A stretch of 64,000 nucleotides of DNA, from assembly GCA_035545635.1 (NCBI GenBank), contig DASZXY010000006.1:153882-217881 (forward strand), given 5' to 3'. The position numbers and the translations under genes were made by a program. Each line of letters begins with the position of its first letter. Position 1 is the first letter of the stretch. Of the stretch, positions 28,474-35,605 are shown in pieces. Origin of the DNA: Mycobacteriales bacterium (lineage in GTDB: Bacteria; Actinomycetota; Actinomycetes; JAFAQI01). Below the pieces are notes generated by a model. The model was not told where the DNA came from and did no database searches. It worked only from the letters and a program-made list of their open reading frames with translations.

Positions 28474-29433
28474 ATGGGCATGACCCAGTTCGGCTACTTC
28501 TTGTCCTCGGAAGAACTCAGTCCGATGGAGTTGGTCAACACCGCGCAACTCGCGGAGCGCGCCGGCTTCGACCGGATCTGGATCTCCGACCACTACCACC
28601 CCTGGACGCGAGAGCAGGGGGAGAGCGCGTTCGTGTGGTCGGTGATCGGGGCGATCGCGGCGACGACGAACCTCCGCATCACCACTGCCGTCACGTGCCC
28701 GACCGACAGGATCCATCCTGCGGTGATCGCACAAGCGACCGCGACCGTCGCCTCGCTCGCACCCGGTCGGTTCTCCTTCGGTGTCGGCTCGGGCGAGCGA
28801 CTCAACGAGCACATCCTCGGTGGCCTCTGGCCGCCCACGGCGATTCGGCTGCAGCGGCTCGAGGAGGCTGTCGGCCTTATCCGTGAGCTGTGGAAGGGCG
28901 AGACGGTCACCCATCGGGGGGAGTACTACACGGTCGACGCCGCCCGGATCTTCTCGCTGCCCGAGCAGCTGCCACCGATCCTCATCTCTGGGTTCGGGCC
29001 GGCCGCAACTGACGTCGCGGCCCGCATCGGGGACGGTTGGATCACGGTGCAACCCGACGCCGAGCTGCTCAAGCGATACCGCGACGGCGGGGGCAAGGGC
29101 ATCACTCAGGGTGGCGTGAAGATCTGCTGGGCGGAATCCGCCGATGACGCCGCGAAGACGGCGTACCGGTTGTGGGGATTCGAGACCGTGGGCGGGCAGA
29201 GCGCCCAGGATCTGCCGTCGTGGGTGGAGTTCGAGCAGCTTGGCGAGGCCACCACCCCCGATCAGGTTGCAGAGGCCGTCCCTTGCGGTCCCGATCCGGA
29301 ACGCGCGGCGAAAGCGGTGCAGGACTACGTCGACGCCGGCTTCGACGAGGTCTACATCTCGCAGATGGGGCCGGACCAGGAGGGCGGTCTCCGCTTCCTG
29401 ACAGAAGAGGTACTACCGAAGGTGAGGCACTGA
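28474..29433 (+). CDS. LLM-class F420-dependent oxidoreductase (G6PDH-family type)
   Basis: MGMTQFGYFLSSEE...FDRIWISDHYHPW...GVGSGERLNEHILG. Start taken at ATG 28474. Confidence 0.8.
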   Translation: MGMTQFGYFLSSEELSPMELVNTAQLAERAGFDRIWISDHYHPWTREQGESAFVWSVIGAIAATTNLRITTAVTCPTDRIHPAVIAQATATVASLAPGRFSFGVGSGERLNEHILGGLWPPTAIRLQRLEEAVGLIRELWKGETVTHRGEYYTVDAARIFSLPEQLPPILISGFGPAATDVAARIGDGWITVQPDAELLKRYRDGGGKGITQGGVKICWAESADDAAKTAYRLWGFETVGGQSAQDLPSWVEFEQLGEATTPDQVAEAVPCGPDPERAAKAVQDYVDAGFDEVYISQMGPDQEGGLRFLTEEVLPKVRH

Positions 29434-29435
29434 CG

Positions 29436-29849
29436 ATGACCGATTCCGGAGCCCGCGAGCCCGACCCCGGCTCGGCGCTCGAGGACGAGGGCATGCCTGA
29501 CATGTCCGACGCGCTGCCCTCGAAGGTGATCACCGGTGATGCGCAGGAGGAGCTCGACGCCCCAGCCGAGGAGCCGCGCGCAACCGTCGACTTCGGTGTC
29601 ACGGCCGAGGAGGCCCGCAGCGGCGAGCCGTTGACCGGACGGCTGGCTCGCGAGGAGCCGGAGACGTCGCGGCTTCGCGGGGACGGCAGTGATACGCCGT
29701 ACCCGGAGGACCGGGAAGGCCAGGTCGGGCGCTTGGCCGAGGAACGCGAGGGGGGCACGGGCAAGGAGCAGGACGCGTGGGCGGTCGATGTCGGCGCGGA
29801 CCGCGGCGGGCTCGCGCCCGAAGAGCGGGCGATGCATGTCGAGCCCTGA
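29436..29849 (+). CDS. acidic DUF5709-like protein
   Basis: 137 aa, very Asp/Glu-rich, in frame within ORF 29172-29849. ATG 29436 lies 2 nt after the upstream stop. Confidence 0.55.
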   Translation: MTDSGAREPDPGSALEDEGMPDMSDALPSKVITGDAQEELDAPAEEPRATVDFGVTAEEARSGEPLTGRLAREEPETSRLRGDGSDTPYPEDREGQVGRLAEEREGGTGKEQDAWAVDVGADRGGLAPEERAMHVEP

Positions 29850-30369
29850 GACGTTGCTCCCCGACGGGCAAGCCGCGCAGGGAGGGAAGCAGTCGGCCGC
29901 CGAGCACTATGGGCGCCCCGCGTCCGAGTTGCGTGGCTACGCCGGCGTCATGGCGGTGTACGCCGTCGGCGTGGGAGCGGCGACGCTGGCGATGTGGCGC
30001 AAGAAGCGGCTGCCCGCGTCCTTCAGCGCCAAGGACCTCGCGTTGGTGGCGTTGGCGACCCACAAGCTGAGTCGGACGCTGGCTCGAGATGCGGTGACGA
30101 GCCCGCTGCGGGCGCCGTTCACGCGCTTCGAGGGGTCGGCGGGACCGGGCGAGGTCAAGGAAAAGGTCGCGGCCCGTGGGGCCGAGAAGTCCGTGGGCGA
30201 GCTGATCACCTGCCCGTTCTGCTTGGACCAGTGGGTCGCGACAGGGTTTGTCACGGGACTGGCGGTCGCGCCCCGCCTGACGCGGTACATCGCGGCGATC
30301 TTCGCGGCCCGTGCCGGCGCCGACTTCATCCACTTCGGATATGCCGCCGCAGAACAGGCCACGACGTAG
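29836..30369 (+). CDS. DUF1360 membrane protein
   Basis: Start ATG 29836. LATHKLSRTLARDAVTSPLRAPF and ELITCPFCLDQWVA motifs. Confidence 0.65.
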   Translation: MSSPETLLPDGQAAQGGKQSAAEHYGRPASELRGYAGVMAVYAVGVGAATLAMWRKKRLPASFSAKDLALVALATHKLSRTLARDAVTSPLRAPFTRFEGSAGPGEVKEKVAARGAEKSVGELITCPFCLDQWVATGFVTGLAVAPRLTRYIAAIFAARAGADFIHFGYAAAEQATT

Positions 30370-30565
30370 CACGCATCAGCCGCCGCGGGGACCCGGACGG
30401 TTTGCCCAAGGTGGCTACCGGAAAGGATCAACACGTAAAGGACTCAGCAGCGAGTCGGCCGATCCTGGTCACTTCTCGCCTGTAGGCCGGACCGGTCACG
30501 ATCTGAACTCGTGAGGAGCCGGCTGTGCGCGTTTGCTGTCGTCCGTGCTGGGTGGGGTCAGCCAA

Positions 30566-30904
30566 ATGACCGACAAGCTGCAACGGGTCCCACGCTGTTG
30601 CCCTGATCACCCGGACTGGCAGGTGCTCGCCGAACACCTGCAGCGTGACTTCCCGACCGTCTCCTGCGAGCTGGTTCTTCGCAATGTTCTCGACGCGCGA
30701 GCCGTCACCGAGCGCTTTGATCTTGGCGACAAGGAAGCCCTGGACATCGGTGAGCTCATCGCGAGGCATCGACTGCTGCTCACCACGGGTGCGATTGCGG
30801 ATGTGGCGAGGACCGACCCGCAGACCCACCACGTGGCGGGACGAACCGGCGATCTCGGTGAGGCGCCCGCGGGCAACGAGAGCGACACCTCCATCCGCGT
30901 GTGA
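30566..30904 (+). CDS. hypothetical protein
   Basis: 112 aa from MTDKLQRVPRCC. GC-rich third positions in this frame. No family recognised. Confidence 0.4.
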   Translation: MTDKLQRVPRCCPDHPDWQVLAEHLQRDFPTVSCELVLRNVLDARAVTERFDLGDKEALDIGELIARHRLLLTTGAIADVARTDPQTHHVAGRTGDLGEAPAGNESDTSIRV

Positions 30905-30960
30905 CGGCTCGACCTGCGGGCACGCCTTCTCACGCAACCGATTGAGAAGGAGACCGCGAC

Positions 30961-31506
30961 ATGGGGCAAGACGCCATCGACTTCCTGCTCGAGCAACACC
31001 GTCAGGTTGAGGGTCTGATCGACCAGATCAAGACCGCACCCGCGGAGTCGCGGGGCGACCTCTTCGATCAGCTTCGCGAGATGCTCGCCGTACACGAGAC
31101 GGCCGAGGAGCTCGTCCTTCGACCGGTGACCAAGGCGACCGGTGATGAAGGCAAGCAGGTCGCCGACGCTCGCATCGCCGAGGAGAACAAGGCGAAGCAG
31201 GTGCTGGCCGACCTCGAGAAGCTGGATCCGGCCAGCGAGGCCTTCCTCACCGAGTTCGGTTCGTTCGCCGCCGACGTGCTCGAGCACGCGAACAACGAGG
31301 AACAGCAGGAGTTCCCTCTCGTCCGGCGCGACAACGACGCCGACCGGCTGGCGAAGCTCGGTACGGCGATGAGGATGGTCGAGAAGGTCGCACCGACCCA
31401 TCCCCATCCGAGCGCCAAGAACGCTGCCATCACGCTCGCCGTGGGGCCTTTCGCGTCCTTGGTGGATCGTGCCCGCGATGCCATCTCCGGCGCGTTGAAG
31501 GACTGA
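30961..31506 (+). CDS. hemerythrin HHE cation-binding domain protein
   Basis: IDFLLEQHRQVEGL...LAVHETAEELVLRP...VLEHANNEEQQEFP His/Glu ligand pattern. Confidence 0.75.
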   Translation: MGQDAIDFLLEQHRQVEGLIDQIKTAPAESRGDLFDQLREMLAVHETAEELVLRPVTKATGDEGKQVADARIAEENKAKQVLADLEKLDPASEAFLTEFGSFAADVLEHANNEEQQEFPLVRRDNDADRLAKLGTAMRMVEKVAPTHPHPSAKNAAITLAVGPFASLVDRARDAISGALKD

Positions 31507-31508
31507 CT

Positions 31509-31766
31509 ATGGCCGATCAGCCCGGAGTCGCGCCGAAGACATCCGAGACGGACCCGCCAGCGGCAGACCGGCCCGTCGAGGAGAGCCCGGGTAGCCCGCC
31601 GCCGAAGCCGTTCGAGGCGAAGGACGCAGCCGGTCGGGCTGCAAATGATCCCTCGCTCACGGAACGCGTCGTTCCTGAGGCGCTGCAGGCCTCTCGCGGC
31701 AAGCCGGACGGGGAGGTCGACACCGGAAACCGGAACCGACCTCCCGCCGAGGGCCTGTTCTCCTAG
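31509..31766 (+). CDS. small Pro/Asp/Glu-rich hypothetical protein
   Basis: 85 aa. ATG lies 2 nt after the hemerythrin stop. Appears disordered. Coding status supported only by position and GC3. Confidence 0.4.
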   Translation: MADQPGVAPKTSETDPPAADRPVEESPGSPPPKPFEAKDAAGRAANDPSLTERVVPEALQASRGKPDGEVDTGNRNRPPAEGLFS

Positions 31767-32551
31767 TTCTGGTTGTAGCTGAACCCGGTGATGCGCTGCT
31801 GGTCGCAGACTGCGGTGCCGTTCATGTACCAGTTGTAGATCCGGCTGCCGGCACCGTCTTCCGACACGTTGATCGACCAGGGCTTGCCGAGTGCGAGCGA
31901 TCCGTGCAGCTTACCGACGTACTCGGCAGCGGTTGTCTTGGTGACGGTGGAGCGCCCGTGCCGGCCGAGTTTGACCGTGCCTGAACCGCTCAGGTTCTGG
32001 CCGGGTGACTCAGGGTCCGACCCTGCGATGTAGGAGATGTGCACAGAGGTGCAGGGGTTGTCGGTCACCTTCAGTGCCGTGTAGTCCACGTCGTTGCTGA
32101 AGAACCGGAAGACGTAGGGGAACCGGCCGTCGTACTTGCCTGACTCACCCTTCGGAAGCTGGAACAGGGACTTCCACTTGACCGTGCCGAACACATGCAG
32201 CTTGCGGCCCTTCGGAGCTGTCGCGAACTTGCCGGAATGGGTGAAGACAGCGATTCGGAAGTCGTAGATGCCGACCGGCTCAGCCGGAATCGTCGTCTTC
32301 CCGCTGCCTTCGTGAAGGTGACGGAAGGTCTGCCAGCCGTTGGCCGAGCTGTATCCCTGAAGCACCACGCTGTCCTTGCCGACTCCGTGCGCATGCCAGT
32401 GCACCTTGGTCGGCTTGTTCGCGTGGGCGTGCGCCGGCACCTTGAACCCGATGTCCGGCGTACCGGCGGCGCTGACCGGTGTCGCGACCAGCGCCGTCGA
32501 GGCGGCAACAGCGATGCCGATCAGGGAAACGAGCTTTCGCACGGTGGACAT
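31763..32551 (-). CDS. secreted hypothetical protein (Lys-rich, His-cluster)
   Basis: Signal peptide MSTVRKLVSLIGIAVAASTALVATPVSAA. AHAHANKPTKVHWHAHG cluster. Visibly lower GC3 than its neighbours. Confidence 0.7.
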   Translation of the reverse strand: MSTVRKLVSLIGIAVAASTALVATPVSAAGTPDIGFKVPAHAHANKPTKVHWHAHGVGKDSVVLQGYSSANGWQTFRHLHEGSGKTTIPAEPVGIYDFRIAVFTHSGKFATAPKGRKLHVFGTVKWKSLFQLPKGESGKYDGRFPYVFRFFSNDVDYTALKVTDNPCTSVHISYIAGSDPESPGQNLSGSGTVKLGRHGRSTVTKTTAAEYVGKLHGSLALGKPWSINVSEDGAGSRIYNWYMNGTAVCDQQRITGFSYNQN

Positions 32552-32747
32552 TCCTCTCGTCAGGACCAGGCGGGACCGCGCCCAATCTCACACGCCCGGT
32601 GCGAACTATGGCAAGAGGGACCAGGTGACCCGACCGGAGGAGGCGGCGTGGTCACAAGTGATCAATGCCGTATTCAGGCCTTACCGCGCCGCTGTGTGCG
32701 GCGTTACCTTGACGCCAATAGGTCCAGCTCCCGGGAGATCAACAGCC

Positions 32748-33377
32748 ATGACGGCAGTCTTCATCGTCGACCGCTACGAGCTGGTTCGTCGTGGCGTGGT
32801 CGACTTGGTCGACCGCGCTGATGACATGCGCGTCACCGGCGAAGCAAGCGAGGCGGGTCAGGCGCTCGCCGCCATTCTTTCGACCCGGCCCCACGTCGTG
32901 GTGGTCGAGATTCGCAACGGTTACCGCGACGGTGTCGAGCTGTGTCGCGCGGTGGTGAGCAGTGGATGTGGAACCCGGTGTCTTCTGCTGGCCGACGACT
33001 CCGGCGAGGACCTCATGTTCGAGGCCATCACCGCAGGCGCAGCCGGATACCTGTTGGACCGTGCGAGCGGTGAGGACGTCCTCGCCGCGATCCGCACCGT
33101 CGCCAACGGGCGGTCGATCCTCGATCCCGCCTTGACCCACCGCGTCTTCGCGCGGCTGCGCACGATTGAACAGCCCACCCCCACCGGCCTGGCGGCACTC
33201 ACCCCGCAGGAGCGTCGGGTTCTCGACCACGTCTCGGCCGGCATGACGAACCGGCAGATCGCCCGCCAGTGCGGCATCGCGGAGAAGACCGTGAAGAACC
33301 ACGTGTCCGCGATTCTTCGCAAGCTGGAGTTCTCCAGCCGGACCCAGGCCGCGCTGTACGCCCGCGAAAGCGCCTGA
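32748..33377 (+). CDS. NarL/LuxR-family response regulator with degenerate (pseudo-)receiver
   Basis: Start ATG 32748 (GGGAG RBS). C-terminal LTPQERRVLDHVSAGMTNRQIARQCGIAEKTVKNHVSAILRKL LuxR HTH. Receiver positions read DR/E/A/D instead of DD/D/T/K. Confidence 0.8.
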   Translation: MTAVFIVDRYELVRRGVVDLVDRADDMRVTGEASEAGQALAAILSTRPHVVVVEIRNGYRDGVELCRAVVSSGCGTRCLLLADDSGEDLMFEAITAGAAGYLLDRASGEDVLAAIRTVANGRSILDPALTHRVFARLRTIEQPTPTGLAALTPQERRVLDHVSAGMTNRQIARQCGIAEKTVKNHVSAILRKLEFSSRTQAALYARESA

Positions 33378-33396
33378 GTCCTACCTGCGCCCTCCC

Positions 33397-33436
33397 GACG
33401 ACTCCGAGCACTCGCCTCGGAGTCGTCCCGTTTCGT
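33397..33436 (+). terminator. intrinsic-terminator-like hairpin after the LuxR-type gene
   Basis: Perfect 12-bp stem GACGACTCCGAG / CTCGGAGTCGTC, 7-nt loop, then CCGTTTCGT. Begins 20 nt after the stop. Confidence 0.6.
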
Positions 33437-33470
33437 ACGGCGATGCGCCGCTGTGTGCTGAATCAGATGT

Positions 33471-33482
33471 CCGACATGTCGG
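33471..33482. promoter_or_regulatory. perfect 12-bp palindrome CCGACATGTCGG in the sigma-gene leader
   Basis: Read directly. The sequence is its own reverse complement. Confidence 0.35.
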
Positions 33483-33504
33483 TCACCCCGCCCAGGGCGT
33501 TGGA

Positions 33505-33518
33505 CCTAGACGTCTAGG
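33505..33518. promoter_or_regulatory. perfect 14-bp palindrome CCTAGACGTCTAGG in the sigma-gene leader
   Basis: Read directly. Its own reverse complement. Contains two CTAG tetranucleotides. Confidence 0.35.
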
Positions 33519-33809
33519 ACCTTTGGCCGGGCGGCTCACGCGCCAGGGCTGGTGGGCCCTGCCCATTCCTGGTCCCTGGGCCATTCCACAGCAGTACCAG
33601 GGGGCTATGCCTTGTTGCTCCGAACCCCTCTTGAACGGTGACAAACCGGACCAAATGCGACCCGAGAGCCGATGACTAGTTCGGTCCTAGGCCCCTCGTG
33701 CGGCATCAAAAGGAGCTATTTAGTCCGCCGCTCGCGGTCGCCAATACTTCGTCGACGCCTGGACAAGGGCGGAGAAGGACGACCACGGTCGGACGAAAGG
33801 GGCGGCGCG

Positions 33810-34805
33810 ATGAATGAGGTCGCTGCTTATGAGCTGCGGGCCACGACGGCTGCGCGACGTGCGAAGACTCTGTCGCCGGAGGCGGCGAGACTGGTCGAGG
33901 AGCACTTGTCTTTGATCCCGGCGCTGACTGCGGGGATGGCAGCGCACTATCCGCGGCATGCTGACCGCGAGGAGCTGGCACAGGCCGCTGCACTCGGCTT
34001 GGTGGAAGCCGCGCTTCGGTTCGACCCGAGCCGTGGTGTGCCCTTCGACCGGTGGGCCGTGACCCGCGTGCGCGGCGCCGTCGTCGACGCGATCCGAGCC
34101 ATCGACTTCGCGCCGAGGTCGGTTCGTTCCCGCTCGCGCCACATCGACGCCGCGCACGAAGCACTGAGTCAGAACCTCGGCCGCACGCCGACCACCGAGG
34201 AACTGGCGGCAACGCTGGAGATGTCCGCGCGCGAGCTCGATGGCCACCGCGCCCGCCGCGACAGCGCGCGCGTCCTGTCGCTGGACGCCCCGGCGGTCAC
34301 CGGCGAGGGCACCACCACCGGTCTGGTTGATGTCTTGGTCGAGCTCGACGCACCGACTCCCGAAGCGGTTGTCGACGAGGCCGAGTCGCTCGCGCTGCTC
34401 GGAGCCGCGCTGCGACTGCTGCCGGAGCGGTTGCGACTCGTGATCGACGGCTATTTCGTCGCCGGTCGGACCTCCCTCGAGCTTGCCGACGAGCTCGGAG
34501 TCACCGAGTCCCGAATCGCGCAGATGCGCGCGGAAGGCCTGGCGATGATGCGGCAGGCGCTCGCCGGCCCGCTCGAGCGCAGGACTGCCGTCGATGGCAC
34601 TGTCGGCCGTCGTGCCGCACGCAGTCGTGAGGCGTACGTCGCCGCCGTCGCAGACGAAGCGGCCTCGCTGGCCCGGGGTGGTCGTTGCACGACGGTGCGG
34701 GCTGCAGCCACCGACGGTTCGACAGTCGCGGTGAGCATCCCGAGGCAGCGAACGGAGCTGCCGCGGGTCGACGTCGTACCGGTTGCTCGCCGTACCGCTG
34801 CCTGA
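33810..34805 (+). CDS. FliA/WhiG-type (group 3, sigma-28 family) sigma factor with about 79-aa C-terminal extension
   Basis: Start ATG 33810 (GAAAGGGG RBS). ELAQAAALGLVEAALRFDPSRGVPFDRWAVTRVRGAVVDAIR (region 2), FAPRSVRSRSRHIDAAHEAL (region 3), LPERLRLVIDGYFVAGRTSLELADELGVTESRIAQMRAEGL (region 4). Confidence 0.85.
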   Translation: MNEVAAYELRATTAARRAKTLSPEAARLVEEHLSLIPALTAGMAAHYPRHADREELAQAAALGLVEAALRFDPSRGVPFDRWAVTRVRGAVVDAIRAIDFAPRSVRSRSRHIDAAHEALSQNLGRTPTTEELAATLEMSARELDGHRARRDSARVLSLDAPAVTGEGTTTGLVDVLVELDAPTPEAVVDEAESLALLGAALRLLPERLRLVIDGYFVAGRTSLELADELGVTESRIAQMRAEGLAMMRQALAGPLERRTAVDGTVGRRAARSREAYVAAVADEAASLARGGRCTTVRAAATDGSTVAVSIPRQRTELPRVDVVPVARRTAA

Positions 34806-34817
34806 TCCGAGGGCGAC

Positions 34818-35549
34818 ATGAACCAGCTCACTCATTCGCCGTCCACGATCGCGATTGCTCCGGCGCAACGCCGGCGCTTCCGCGCCGGTGGTTATGGAGT
34901 CGTGGTGGTCGCCTCGTCCACTGGCGGCCCCGACGCGCTGCTGCAGGTACTTCCGCACTGGGACCTGAAGGTGCCGGTGCTCGTCGTTCAGCACATGCCT
35001 GCGGAGTTCACCCGTTCGCTGGCAGAGCGTCTGGACCGCGTCTGCCCGATGCGGGTCGCAGAGGCACGTGACGGAGAAGCCGTCGAACCCGGGTCGGTCC
35101 TGATCGCCCCCGGCGATTTGCACCTGCGCGTGCGAGGGACCGCGTCGCGGCCCGAGGTGTACCTCACCTACGGACCGCTCGTGAACAGCCTGCGACCCGC
35201 TGCCGACGTGACATTCGGCGACGCTGCGGCGGTGTGGGGCGCCGACGTACTCGCGCTCGTGCTCACCGGTATGGGCCGTGATGCGGTCGAGGGCGCGCGC
35301 GCCGTCGCAGCCGCCGGCGGGATGGTGCTCGCCCAGGATGAGCCGAGTTCCGCGGTGTGGGGAATGCCCGGCGAGGTCGTCGAGGCGGGACTTGCCACGG
35401 CTGTTCTGCCATTGGATCGCTTCGCGACGACCGTCCCGACGTTGTGCCGTGCTGTGCCGCAGCCGTCGGAGCCGTTCGAAGCGCCGGAGGCGGTCCAAAT
35501 CCCGGAGCAGGTCAGCCGCCGGCCCCTGCCTTCGACGCCCTACTTCTGA
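34818..35549 (+). CDS. cheB: CheB-type protein-glutamate methylesterase/deamidase, catalytic domain only (no receiver)
   Basis: VVVASSTGGPDAL (Ser), VLVVQHMPAEFT (His), LTGMGRDAVEG (Asp). 12 nt after the sigma stop, with a GAGGG RBS. Confidence 0.85.
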   Translation: MNQLTHSPSTIAIAPAQRRRFRAGGYGVVVVASSTGGPDALLQVLPHWDLKVPVLVVQHMPAEFTRSLAERLDRVCPMRVAEARDGEAVEPGSVLIAPGDLHLRVRGTASRPEVYLTYGPLVNSLRPAADVTFGDAAAVWGADVLALVLTGMGRDAVEGARAVAAAGGMVLAQDEPSSAVWGMPGEVVEAGLATAVLPLDRFATTVPTLCRAVPQPSEPFEAPEAVQIPEQVSRRPLPSTPYF

Positions 35550-35605
35550 CAGCTGCGCCGACAGCTGGTGCGGGGTGCCGCGCCGAGTCGGCACACTCAT
35601 GTCTC

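Noticed and set aside
33668-33675. GCCGATGA upstream of the WhiG/FliA-type sigma gene resembles the sigma-28 -10 consensus GCCGATAA, which would suggest autoregulation.
   Set aside because: The nearest TAAA-like element (CAAA) is 12 or 22 nt upstream rather than about 15. No proper -35 element is present. A single 7/8 match in 430 bp is not persuasive. Likewise GCCAATAG upstream of the LuxR-type gene (about 32714) lacks a -35 partner.
34640-34670. AAVADEAASL in the sigma tail as an MCP-like methylation site for the adjacent CheB.
   Set aside because: The consensus requires an E/Q-E/Q pair, and here the pair is D-E. The idea is kept only as a speculative note inside a finding, not as a feature.
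33720-35600. A 626-aa minus-strand ORF, together with other very long ORFs: 58144-60093 (minus), 41493-43262 (minus), 44317-45999 (minus), 49876-51417 (minus), 56865-58844 (plus), 50643-51929 (plus) and 141-932 (plus).
   Set aside because: These are Arg/Pro/Gly/Asp-rich low-complexity translations lying antisense to, or out of frame with, genes that carry clear family motifs. They are typical high-GC shadow ORFs.
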